Positions 1 through 8,770 of a DNA stretch of 64,000 nt are shown here, one piece after another. Every line of letters starts with the position of its first letter. The stretch's first letter is position 1. The notes under the pieces were generated by a model. It ran no database searches, was not told the origin of the DNA, and was given only the letters and a program-made list of their open reading frames with translations. The position numbers and the translations under genes were made by a program. This DNA is from an uncultured virus (IMG/VR IMGVR_UViG_3300028593_000715) (Duplodnaviria > Heunggongvirae > Uroviricota > Caudoviricetes). Where the stretch lies: IMG/VR virus record IMGVR_UViG_3300028593_000715. One strand, given 5' to 3'.

Positions 1-208
1 AGGCATAAGGCAAATTACGGGAAGCCCCTCTGAATATCTCCGAGGACTTCTTATCCTTTTTGATCTTGCCTGCCTTGATAAGCTCCTGTTTTTCGGCTTT
101 GATACGCTCTAACAGTACACTTGCAGGCTCGTCGCCCGGATCTTGCGGAACGAGCTTGCCCTGCACCGCCATCTGGAGTATTGAGTTTTTTAGCTGCTGT
201 GCTGTCAT
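1..208 (-). CDS. hsdS: Type I RM specificity subunit HsdS, 5' part (runs off window)
   Basis: Manual translation from ATG 208 gives MTAQQLKNSILQMAVQGKLVPQDPGDEPASVLLERIKAEK, a typical HsdS segment; overlaps hsdM stop (ATGA). Confidence 0.85.
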   Translation of the reverse strand, partial: MTAQQLKNSILQMAVQGKLVPQDPGDEPASVLLERIKAEKQELIKAGKIKKDKKSSEIFRGASRNLPYA

Positions 209-1119
209 GTCAAGTCCTCCATATCGCTGATACCGAGAATACCCGTGATCTGCTCCAAAATACGGTCAATATCCGCATTTAGGCTTGCACGCTTCTCCTG
301 ATACTGCTGAATCAGCTCCTTCGGAGGGAGTATTTCTTCTTCCTCATGGGGAAAACCGCAGAGGTCAATGTTATAATTTCTCTCAGCAAGCTCCTCAGCC
401 GTGTACTTTTTCGCCTTATCAAAGCCGTCAATGGTGATCTCCTGTCGGTCGCTCCACCACTCAACAGCAGGAGCAAAGTGTTCGAGCTTCATCGGCTTGG
501 TCTTGGAGAAGTTCTTGTACCCATCGGGCATATCCAGACGATAGAACCATGTTTCCTTAGTTGAGCCTGTTCTGTCAAAGAACAGGATATTGGTGGTGAT
601 AGAGGTGTACGGAGCAAAAACGCTGTGCGGCATACGAATGACCGTGTGCAGGTTGAACTCGCTCATTAGCTTCTTTTTGATAGCGACCTTTGCATTATCC
701 GTACCGAACAGGAAACCGTCAGGGAGAATGACCGCAGCTCTGCCGTTCTGCTTCAGGCGATACATAATGACCGACATGAACAGGTCAGCAGTCTCACTGC
801 TTGCGAGATCGGACGGAAAATGATTCTTGACTTCATTCTTCTCGCTGCCGCCGTATGGTGGATTCATCAGAACAACGTCAAACTGATCGTCCTCAGTATA
901 GTCGAGAACGTCTTTTAACAGCGAATTATCGTGATAGATACGAGGGGTATCAATATCGTGCAGGAGCAAATTCGTCACGCACAGCATATACGGGAACTGC
1001 TTTTTTTCGATACCGTAAACCGAGGTGTCAAACGCAGCTCTGTCCTCAACGGTCTTTTTCTGCGATTCAAGGGCTTTGAGCCAACTAATGATAAATCCGC
1101 CCGTACCGCAGGCAAAGTC
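205..1119 (-). pseudogene. hsdM: Type I RM methyltransferase HsdM, 3' fragment (interrupted by prophage)
   Basis: DFACGTGG motif I, NPPY motif IV and a typical HsdM C-terminus; the first about 30 aa of the called ORF are prophage-derived. Confidence 0.95.
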
Positions 1120-1144
1120 TATTGCCGTTGCTATTTTGATACAA
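1118..1144. other. Left attachment junction: TC core plus 25-bp phage arm
   Basis: Minus strand ttgtatcaaaatagcaacggcaata-GA-ctttgcc; the arm is an imperfect inverted repeat of 60595-60619. Confidence 0.9.
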
Positions 1145-1207
1145 TTTAACGCATACACGAAAAATGCACCCAACGGGTGCAAATGTAGCCGTTGGGTGCA
1201 TAAGGGC

Positions 1208-1248
1208 AAAAAAGAACGGCACTACGCCAGTTTTAGCGCAGTGCCGTT
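1208..1248 (-). terminator. Intrinsic terminator after left-end cargo operon
   Basis: AACGGCACT...AGTGCCGTT stem followed by a T-run on the minus strand. Confidence 0.65.
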
Positions 1249-1257
1249 ATATTTTTA

Positions 1258-1656
1258 TTATTCATCGGAATCATCATCTTCTTTTTGTTCCGGATGAACA
1301 TACGTCTCCCTAATCCATGTCTCTTGCAATTCTAATTCTCCATCGTCATTTTTCTTCCAACGGTGGCCAAGATATCCTCTGCGCGGACCGGGGCTTTTAG
1401 GCGTTCCACCAATGCCATCTGATATGTCAGAATTTTGTTCTTCCTCCATTATATCGTCAATGGCTTCATCAGAATCAGAAAGCGGATTGAATGGTGGCTT
1501 ATCATCGTCATTATCGAATCCGTGTCCGTTTGATTCAGAACCACTTTTTCTTATTTGTTCTTCTGCTGCAATTCCAATAAGAGTTAATAGCCCAATGCCG
1601 ATTTCTTTTCTGTACTTTATTGCACCTTTTCCTAATTTCTTAGCCCCTCTTCCCAT
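1258..1656 (-). CDS. Hypothetical acidic protein with one hydrophobic segment; probably the -1-frame continuation of 1662-2267
   Basis: Frame stays open upstream past an A6 run at 1699-1704. Confidence 0.55.
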   Translation of the reverse strand: MGRGAKKLGKGAIKYRKEIGIGLLTLIGIAAEEQIRKSGSESNGHGFDNDDDKPPFNPLSDSDEAIDDIMEEEQNSDISDGIGGTPKSPGPRRGYLGHRWKKNDDGELELQETWIRETYVHPEQKEDDDSDE

Positions 1657-1661
1657 AGCAC

Positions 1662-2267
1662 CTAATATGCTCTTAAATCGCTTAACAGCATTGGATTCTT
1701 TTTTGTGGCCTTTGTCCCGGTAGCAGCCGCTTCAGGTGGAGTTGCTTTTTTCGCTGTCGTTGATTGTTTTTGCGGCGAACTGTCAGACTTGGTCTTTTCA
1801 GTTTTTGGCTCTGGCGTTCTTTTCTCTTCCGCCGGCTTGTTCTGTGGCTCCTCCGAGGGAGATTCAATCGGTATTAGAGCTTCTTCGGGGTGAAAATTAA
1901 TGTAGTCATCGGGAGGGAATTTGCTATAATCATACACATCGAAATCATAAAATATCTTTGTGTCTGGATCATAATACCAGTTCGTTACAGTTTGCCAATT
2001 TCTTTTATGTGCTTCAAAATGTTCCTCTAGCGATAGGAGTTGAATATTATCTGCATCACCTTGATTATCAGGGAAACCGCTGACGCTTTTCATATGCTGA
2101 CCAATAAAGGCTTTTCCATCGGCATCATATACCTTGCCTTTAGTGATGAGCTGTTCTCGTTGCTCTGGTGTCCAATTTCGTGAGCCTTTTCCAGCAAGAA
2201 CAAGTTCCCGCTCGCGCGCCCATGCTTTTCTGATTGCTCTGTTACAAGCAGCATTATCTCTTGCCAT
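1662..2267 (-). CDS. Tox-GHH-like (HNH-fold) nuclease toxin domain protein
   Basis: KAWARERELV..GKGSRNWT..Q...L...GKV...F.GQHMKSV...P pattern; adjacent SMI1 immunity gene. Confidence 0.7.
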   Translation of the reverse strand: MARDNAACNRAIRKAWARERELVLAGKGSRNWTPEQREQLITKGKVYDADGKAFIGQHMKSVSGFPDNQGDADNIQLLSLEEHFEAHKRNWQTVTNWYYDPDTKIFYDFDVYDYSKFPPDDYINFHPEEALIPIESPSEEPQNKPAEEKRTPEPKTEKTKSDSSPQKQSTTAKKATPPEAAATGTKATKKNPMLLSDLRAY

Positions 2268-2271
2268 AGGA

Positions 2272-2721
2272 TCACTCTCCCATGCCGAGATAGTCATAGA
2301 GACCATTTAAGAATGCAAAGAAGTCATCGTATACTTCCTCTTCTTCAATTTTACCTTCCTCTTTATTATAAATTGAAATGGTTTCTGCATCCTTTTTTAT
2401 CAATACAGGATCACCATTCGGCGTTCCGCCAATCACAACGTAACTGTCATCAGGTCTGGTCTGATTGTTAACATCAATAAGGGGCTTATGTGCAACACCA
2501 TAAAACTGAACACTTGCGGGTAAAAAACATTCACCACCGTCAGAAAATAGCAACCACTCTCTGAATTTAGAAGGGAAAGAAAGATTGTTATTCTTTTCGA
2601 AGTCAGAGATTTGCTCTTCAGTAGCTGCCTCGAAAAAGTCCATTTCACTCTCAGTTTGCTGGCCTTGATTTTTGAGCGTTTCAATGATAGCTTTCAACTC
2701 TTCTGAAACCATACATATCAC
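2272..2721 (-). CDS. SMI1/KNR4 (SUKH) family immunity protein
   Basis: ATEEQISDFEK..NLSFPSKFREWLLFSDGG and C-terminal DDFFAFL pattern. Confidence 0.85.
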   Translation of the reverse strand: MICMVSEELKAIIETLKNQGQQTESEMDFFEAATEEQISDFEKNNNLSFPSKFREWLLFSDGGECFLPASVQFYGVAHKPLIDVNNQTRPDDSYVVIGGTPNGDPVLIKKDAETISIYNKEEGKIEEEEVYDDFFAFLNGLYDYLGMGE

Positions 2722-2746
2722 TCCTGTTCAAGTAGTAAACGACAAG

Positions 2747-4441
2747 TTAACCTAATAACGAACGAAGTTGCTCTGTTAGCAACTCTTTCCGTTTATCATA
2801 AAAAGAGCCGAAACTACCTATTTCCAAAGATACTCCATCTGGAATAAGAGCTTGTCTTAGAAATACTGCTTTTTGCTCGTCGTTCATGTCATTATAGTAT
2901 TCAATCAAAGGCATATCATTTTTACTGCCATTGCTCCTGCCTTCCAAAAGCTGTAAATTCGGCAGGCGGTTTCTATTCCCTCTCCAGATTTTCCAATCTT
3001 CCATAGTGACACCAGCAGGCTTACTCATATCAAAACGGTCACTTGGATGAAGATGATCCTGTTCATATTTAAAGTTTTTATTTACCCATTCAAGGCTGAG
3101 ATAATACAATGCTTCTCCTGCAACTCTGCTGCCCTTTTCAGAATTGATGATATCTTCTATTTTACCATCGGTTACACGCAAATCAGTAATCTGATCAAGC
3201 ATATCAATTGTAATCTCGTAGTCATAGCTGTTTATATAGCTCTTCATTTGCTGTAGCTTGCTCGTTGTTCCTGACTGGAAGTATGTAAATAATATCGCCC
3301 TCATCAAGTATGCGCGGATATCTTCACAGTTATTATTGTAATCTGGGTTGTAGTATATGAAATATAGAATAGGCAGCAATACATTCCAACTACCAGAAAA
3401 TCTGCTTACTTCGATTTTCATGCTCTTTAATACAGCTTCAAGAGCCTTCAATGCTTTTTCAAAGTCACTCCAATTGTTTTTTAGATCATTTGCTATTTGT
3501 TTGTTGATATTGGATTTTACAACATCACCATAGAGCATAAGAGCAGAACGAACAATGAAATCCGATCCAAAATCTTTATAAGAATCAACAAGAAGCTTTC
3601 CAAATTCAGATTTAGCACTCGGCCAGTATGCTTCAAGAATAGACATTGTAATCTCAGCCTTCTTCAGAGCCTTTCCGCCGCTGTTGAATCTTACAAACAT
3701 TTCAAGTGCATCGTCCTGCTTCATATCTTGAATTTCAGTAAATCTTATGAGCTTTTCAACACATATTTTTTCGTAGAGCTTCTTCAGGATATTTCTGGCA
3801 TACTCTTTACTATCAGATGGAACATTGGCAATAGCATCTTCAATAGCCTGCTCTCTTGTTTCATCAGATTGAAATCTGTCCTGAAGGATATTCCTAATTT
3901 CAAATTGGGTGGGACTGAGCCTTCCGACTTTTTCGCTGAATTTGATATCAAATTTCTTACTGTTATATTCTTCTTCGTCAACCGACAGTTTATGCTTATT
4001 AAGCTCTATAAGTAATTTTGTGAGAGTGCCGCCTTTGGTGTTTTTGCGAGCGTGTTTCTGCCGAATATACGCTGTGCCGAAAAGCGAGAGATAAAGCGAT
4101 GTCAGACGCTGCTGACCATCAAGGATGGCGGTATCAGTGATACTTGTGTTTATGCTTGAAAGCTCATAATTGGGACTATCAGACTGTTTGCGGCTGTCAA
4201 AAGTAACTTCGGAAAGAAAATCACAAAAGTAGGTATCCGAAGATACATTGTTTTCATCTACGTGCCAAAACAAAAATGTAGCTATAGGGTAGTCAAGAAG
4301 AATGGAATCCCATAGTTTTTCTATCTGTTCCATGCTCCAGACATACTGTCTCTGAAATGCAGGCATGACATATTTCCCGGCTTTAATGTTTTTCATAGCC
4401 TCGATTATTGTAATGCTGCTGTCATTAAGAACGCTCATCAA
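2747..4441 (-). CDS. DUF262/DUF1524 GmrSD-like modification-dependent restriction protein
   Basis: PAFQRQYVW and LDGQQRLTS motifs; C-terminal DHLHP...NLQLL...N.SKND HNH-like motif. Confidence 0.85.
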   Translation of the reverse strand: MMSVLNDSSITIIEAMKNIKAGKYVMPAFQRQYVWSMEQIEKLWDSILLDYPIATFLFWHVDENNVSSDTYFCDFLSEVTFDSRKQSDSPNYELSSINTSITDTAILDGQQRLTSLYLSLFGTAYIRQKHARKNTKGGTLTKLLIELNKHKLSVDEEEYNSKKFDIKFSEKVGRLSPTQFEIRNILQDRFQSDETREQAIEDAIANVPSDSKEYARNILKKLYEKICVEKLIRFTEIQDMKQDDALEMFVRFNSGGKALKKAEITMSILEAYWPSAKSEFGKLLVDSYKDFGSDFIVRSALMLYGDVVKSNINKQIANDLKNNWSDFEKALKALEAVLKSMKIEVSRFSGSWNVLLPILYFIYYNPDYNNNCEDIRAYLMRAILFTYFQSGTTSKLQQMKSYINSYDYEITIDMLDQITDLRVTDGKIEDIINSEKGSRVAGEALYYLSLEWVNKNFKYEQDHLHPSDRFDMSKPAGVTMEDWKIWRGNRNRLPNLQLLEGRSNGSKNDMPLIEYYNDMNDEQKAVFLRQALIPDGVSLEIGSFGSFYDKRKELLTEQLRSLLG

Positions 4442-4499
4442 TATCCCCCCATGTAAATAAAAAAGCTATAGAACGACATAGTGACATATACTTTCTTCT

Positions 4500-4528
4500 A
4501 TTATACATGATATGCTACCATTTTTCAA
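4500..4528 (-). promoter_or_regulatory. Sigma70 promoter for left cargo operon
   Basis: TTGAAA-17 bp-TATAAT on the minus strand. Confidence 0.7.
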
Positions 4529-4550
4529 GCCCTATTGCACAAAAAACGAC

Positions 4551-4582
4551 AAAAAGGCACTCCACATCGGCGGAGTGCCTTT
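4551..4582 (-). terminator. Terminator after recombinase genes
   Basis: AAAGGCACTCC...GGAGTGCCTTT stem with T-run. Confidence 0.75.
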
Positions 4583-4595
4583 CTGCTTCTATACC

Positions 4596-6161
4596 TCAAA
4601 TCGTTGTCCCGTCCCTGAACGTGACCGTTCTGCTGCCGTCCTCATAGACTGTGATGTAGTCTACCAATGCGCCCCAAAGCGCACCGTCAAACTCAGTGAT
4701 CGTGCCTTTCAGGGCTTCAAGTGTTTCCTGAAAATGCCGCAGGTTCTGCCCACGGATTTCTCGCTCGGTGATCTGCTCGGACAGCTCATTATACTTCTTC
4801 TTAGCTTCCTCAAAGCGGGTTGCCAGTTCATCGTTCCGCCGCCGATACTCGTTCTGGTCGAGGGCGACACGGGCGTTCTCCACCATTGCCGCCTGCACCA
4901 TATCGGCGACCAGAGTCATTTCATCAGCATACTTCGTGCGCTCCGTTTCCAGCTCAGATGTGTCGCTGACGACCTTGCAGATCAGCTTGACATTGGCGAT
5001 CAGTTCATCACGCCGTTTCAGAAGTCGGTTCACGGCATTCAGGAACAGCACCTTGATCTCATCCTCGGTGATATGCGGTGTGGTGCAGCGTTTCTTGCCG
5101 TACTTGTGATTGCAGCGGTAAATGACTTTCCGGTACTTATCCGTGGAATGCCATACCTTTGCGCCATACCAGCTTCCGCACTCAGCGCACTTCACCTTGC
5201 TGGAGAAGATGCTCACTCCGCTGTAACGGGAAGTGCCTGTGTTCCTGCGCTCCATTTCCTGCTGCACCAGATCGAAGACGGCAGGATCAATAATAGCCTC
5301 GTGGTCGTCCTCGATGTAGTATTGCGGGATTTCGCCGCAGTTCTTCTTTGTTTTCTTCGTCAGAAAATCGACCGTGAACTCCTTCTGCAACAGCGCATCA
5401 CCCTTGTACTTCTCGTTTGTCAGGATGCGCCGGACGGTAGTGGCGTTCCATTTATCCTTCCCGCTAGGTGTCTTGATGCACCTCTCCGTCAGGGTGAGCG
5501 CAATGGTATGCGGTGTCATGCCCTCAAGGAACAGCCCGTAGATGAGCCGCACAGTTTCCGCCTGTTCCGGATTGATGACCATTTTGCCGTCTGCTCCTTT
5601 GTCGTAACCGAGGAAGCGGCTGTACGCAAGGCTGACCTTGCCGTCAGCAAAGCGTTTCCGCTGCCCCCATGTGACGTTCTCCGAAATGGAGCGTGCTTCT
5701 TCCTGAGAAAGGCTCGACATTATGGTAAGCAGCAGTTCGCCCTTGCCGTCAAACGTCCAGATGTTTTCCTTCTCGAAATAGCACTCCACGTTGTGTTCTT
5801 TCAGGCTGCGGATGGTTGTCAGGCTGTCAACCGTGTTTCGGGCAAAGCGGCTGACGCTCTTTGTAATGATGAGGTCTATCTTTCCCGCCAGTGCATCGGC
5901 GACCATAGCCTGAAAGCCCTCTCTGCGCTTTGTCGAGCATCCGGAGATACCCTCATCCGTGTACACCTTGACGAACTCCCAGTCCTCACGACCGTTGATG
6001 TAGTCGGTATAATAGCTGATCTGTGCAGCGTAAGATGTGAGCTGTTCCTCGTTGTCAGTCGATACACGGGCGTATGCCGCAACCTTCCGCTTGACCGGAG
6101 CATCAATCGGTGCTGAGGTATAGCGGCTGATAGATGCGGGGATTTTAGTGATTCTTGGCAA
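4596..6161 (-). CDS. Large serine recombinase
   Basis: YARVST catalytic motif, KSVSRFARN, recombinase domain, zinc ribbon, coiled coil. Confidence 0.95.
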   Translation of the reverse strand: MPRITKIPASISRYTSAPIDAPVKRKVAAYARVSTDNEEQLTSYAAQISYYTDYINGREDWEFVKVYTDEGISGCSTKRREGFQAMVADALAGKIDLIITKSVSRFARNTVDSLTTIRSLKEHNVECYFEKENIWTFDGKGELLLTIMSSLSQEEARSISENVTWGQRKRFADGKVSLAYSRFLGYDKGADGKMVINPEQAETVRLIYGLFLEGMTPHTIALTLTERCIKTPSGKDKWNATTVRRILTNEKYKGDALLQKEFTVDFLTKKTKKNCGEIPQYYIEDDHEAIIDPAVFDLVQQEMERRNTGTSRYSGVSIFSSKVKCAECGSWYGAKVWHSTDKYRKVIYRCNHKYGKKRCTTPHITEDEIKVLFLNAVNRLLKRRDELIANVKLICKVVSDTSELETERTKYADEMTLVADMVQAAMVENARVALDQNEYRRRNDELATRFEEAKKKYNELSEQITEREIRGQNLRHFQETLEALKGTITEFDGALWGALVDYITVYEDGSRTVTFRDGTTI

Positions 6162-7896
6162 GTTTCTCCCTCCTTCGCATTTCCTTTGCACGGACGCTCA
6201 TATCCGCCCGTCGTTCTGGTGTCCAGCTTTCGCTGACCTTCTGCGCCATGACCTCACGTTGGTGCGCCGTCCATTTTCGCCCCGGTTTTGGTGGCGTTAC
6301 CCACTGCCGTTCCTCGGTGCGCCCATCGTAATAGACATACCGCAGCGTATCATCGGCATCGACTTCTATGCGGCTGATCTGTTCCAGAAAAACGTTATCG
6401 TCAAATGAAGGAAGTTCCAGCACCTCGGCGGTGACTGTTTTCAGAACATCCTCCCGCAGGCTCAGACATCCATTTGCGCCTGCACATCTCCAATGATGCA
6501 CATCTTTCCGTGTACCCCTGCGGTAATTCAGACCGCAGCGCAGGCATTTGATTTTCTTGGTAAAGCAAGTAGAATCTGGGCGATTCGGAGCTGCGCTGTC
6601 TCTGCGCCGTTTTGCTGTTTCCGCCCGCCTTTCCGGTGTCCAGCAGTCCTGATGCCCGGTGTTCCTGCACTCGACTGTGGTGACCGTACCGTCCGTGAGG
6701 TGGAATTCCAGCGTTTCCCGTGCGGGAACGAGTACGGTATCCACCCGTGCGAGGAAAGCATCATCATCAAACTCCGGTAGCCCCAGTACCTTTGCGCAGG
6801 TTTCCCGCAGGTGCTTATGATTGATGCTGCCGCCGACCGGACAGCGACCGCCCTTCTTTTTCATATTGCCGCATGACCAGAATTCCTGAAAGTTGCCACG
6901 GTCAGTGCGTGTGTTGTGCATATAGCTAAGACCGCAGAACGGGCATTTGATTTTTCCTGTAAAACAAGATGTGTTAAGCGACTTATTTGCCAAAGCCCCT
7001 AACTCCCGCCGCCGCTGCATTTCTGCCTGCACATAGCGGAAGGTCTCCATGTCGATGATTGCCTCATGTGTTTCTTCCACGAAGTACTGTGGCAGCTCAC
7101 CCTTGTTCTTCTTGCGCTTCTTGGTGATAGGATTGGAAATGTACTCCTTTTGCAGCAGAAGATTTCCCGTGTAGGTGATGTTGGTCAGAATGCATTTTAT
7201 ATTGGAATCCTGCCATTTGCATCCGTTCTTGGTCGTGATGCCCTCACCGTTCAGTTCACGTTCCGTTTCCAGCCGTGATTTCCCGTCAAGGAAATTCTGG
7301 AAGATGCGCCTTACAATAGCGGCTTCCTCTGGAACGATGATTAGCTGATCGCCAACCCACTCATATCCTAACACGGGATTTTTGCAGCACATTTCTCCGT
7401 TTTCAAACCGCTTACGGATGCCCCACTTCACATTATCAGAAATGCTGTAGCTTTCCTCTTGCGCAAAGCTGGCAAGAATGGTAAGCATCAGTTCACCGTC
7501 ACCGGAAAGGGAGTTGATGTTCTCTTTCTCGAAGCGCACCTCGATGCCGAGATCTTTCAGATGGCGTACAGTCTCCAACAGGTCAACCGTATTGCGGGCA
7601 AACCTTGATATGCTTTTGCAGAGGATAATGTCTATCGCTCCTGCATCGCAGTCTGCCAGCATCCGCTGGAACTCCTGCCGCTTGCCGGTTTCCGTGCCGG
7701 AAACGAAACTGTCAGCGTACACCCCAGCATATTCCCACTCAGGATTCTTCTGAATGAGGTCGCTGTAGTAGCTGATCTGCGCCGCAAGGGAATGTGCCAG
7801 ACGGTCAGATTCCATTGACACACGAGCGTAGGCAGCGACTCGTTTTCGCTTGGGCAATATGGGCTCTGTAGGCTCTATTTTCGTGATTCTACGCAT
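6145..7896 (-). CDS. Large serine recombinase (second copy, duplicated C-terminal zinc ribbon)
   Basis: YARVSM, KSISRFARN, two CFTxKIKC zinc-ribbon units. Confidence 0.95.
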   Translation of the reverse strand: MRRITKIEPTEPILPKRKRVAAYARVSMESDRLAHSLAAQISYYSDLIQKNPEWEYAGVYADSFVSGTETGKRQEFQRMLADCDAGAIDIILCKSISRFARNTVDLLETVRHLKDLGIEVRFEKENINSLSGDGELMLTILASFAQEESYSISDNVKWGIRKRFENGEMCCKNPVLGYEWVGDQLIIVPEEAAIVRRIFQNFLDGKSRLETERELNGEGITTKNGCKWQDSNIKCILTNITYTGNLLLQKEYISNPITKKRKKNKGELPQYFVEETHEAIIDMETFRYVQAEMQRRRELGALANKSLNTSCFTGKIKCPFCGLSYMHNTRTDRGNFQEFWSCGNMKKKGGRCPVGGSINHKHLRETCAKVLGLPEFDDDAFLARVDTVLVPARETLEFHLTDGTVTTVECRNTGHQDCWTPERRAETAKRRRDSAAPNRPDSTCFTKKIKCLRCGLNYRRGTRKDVHHWRCAGANGCLSLREDVLKTVTAEVLELPSFDDNVFLEQISRIEVDADDTLRYVYYDGRTEERQWVTPPKPGRKWTAHQREVMAQKVSESWTPERRADMSVRAKEMRRREKLAKNH

Positions 7897-7923
7897 AAAT
7901 AGCCCTCCTTTCAGTATCCCATA

Positions 7924-8097
7924 TTACCTCTGTTCCGGCTGTAAGTCAACGAATAATGTGCCGATTTTAGGTTGGTATTTCTCAATGAACATTGTATCAA
8001 TCTGACGATATTCATCCTCCGAAATCAGCCCGTCACGGAGCATCTTCCGTGCGATGCTCATGGTCGCCTGATACATCATTTCACTCTGAAAGTCCAT
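7924..8097 (-). CDS. Small SHOCT-like protein of the recombinase module
   Basis: MLRDGLISEDEY motif; position upstream of the recombinase pair. Confidence 0.7.
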   Translation of the reverse strand: MDFQSEMMYQATMSIARKMLRDGLISEDEYRQIDTMFIEKYQPKIGTLFVDLQPEQR

Positions 8098-8467
8098 GCC
8101 GTTCACCTCCGAATCGGGACTGCAAATAGCACTGACGGCTGCAATACTTCCTATGATCGTTGCCGTATGCCTGAAAAGGTTCTCCGCAACAGGCGCAGGT
8201 GAAATCATAAATAGCTCTGCGGTTCACATCATCCTTATGCGCATACCACCACTTCATCCTGCATTTGTCAGAGCAGAACTTCTTTTGCCGGGTGCGCGGC
8301 GGCTGTATAATAGGAGTGCCGCAGCAATAGCAAAGACGGCTATCCTTATTTCGGGTGCAGAATGATTTGACCGTGTTTACGGATAGTTCAAGCGCAGCGG
8401 CAATCTTACCAAATGACTGTCCCTCGGAGCGCAGACGGATAATATCTGCCTTTTGTACATCTGTCAT
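8081..8467 (-). CDS. HTH plus zinc-finger protein (candidate excision regulator)
   Basis: N-terminal HTH; KFCSDKCR and KYCSRQC motifs. Confidence 0.75.
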   Translation of the reverse strand: MTDVQKADIIRLRSEGQSFGKIAAALELSVNTVKSFCTRNKDSRLCYCCGTPIIQPPRTRQKKFCSDKCRMKWWYAHKDDVNRRAIYDFTCACCGEPFQAYGNDHRKYCSRQCYLQSRFGGERHGLSE

Positions 8468-8485
8468 ATCAACACCTCCTACTTC

Positions 8486-8517
8486 TCATTGGAAAGCAGG
8501 AGCGTGTTTTGACGAAG
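8486..8517 (-). promoter_or_regulatory. Putative phage-sigma promoter, copy 1
   Basis: CTTCGTCAAA-N12-TTTCCAATGA; same motif at 46222-46253 and 50419-50450. Confidence 0.6.
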
Positions 8518-8539
8518 ACAAGTGGGACAAAAATTTCCT

Positions 8540-8727
8540 TACGCGCGTATATGTGCGTATGCGCGCTCTATTATTATATAAATATTCCTTTTATTTGTAC
8601 TATATAGATATAGTTGTATAACTTGTCTTAGGGTGGTGTGATTCTTACGGTCTGGGCGGCATTTTTCACCGAGACAACTGGTATGAAACAACTGCATTGT
8701 TCCAATGTTTCAAAGACTTGTTTCAAC
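8540..8727. repeat. Origin-like AT-rich segment, paralog of 42589-42774
   Basis: Shared TACGCGCGTAT, TTATTTGTACTATAxAGATATAGTTGTATAA and GARACAA/TTGTYTC repeats. Confidence 0.7.
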
Positions 8728-8770
8728 AAAAAAAGGGCTGCCGGAGAAAAAATCCCCGACAGCCCATATC

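Noticed and set aside
205..1209. 334-aa ORF as an independently expressed HsdM
   Set aside because: The first 30 codons are prophage end sequence overlapping hairpins, with no RBS; it lacks the HsdM N-terminal domain
4512..6116. Long plus-strand ORFs opposite core genes (also 37459-39003, 30875-32029, 62301-63353 and others)
   Set aside because: Antisense shadows of GC-rich coding genes with no motifs or RBS
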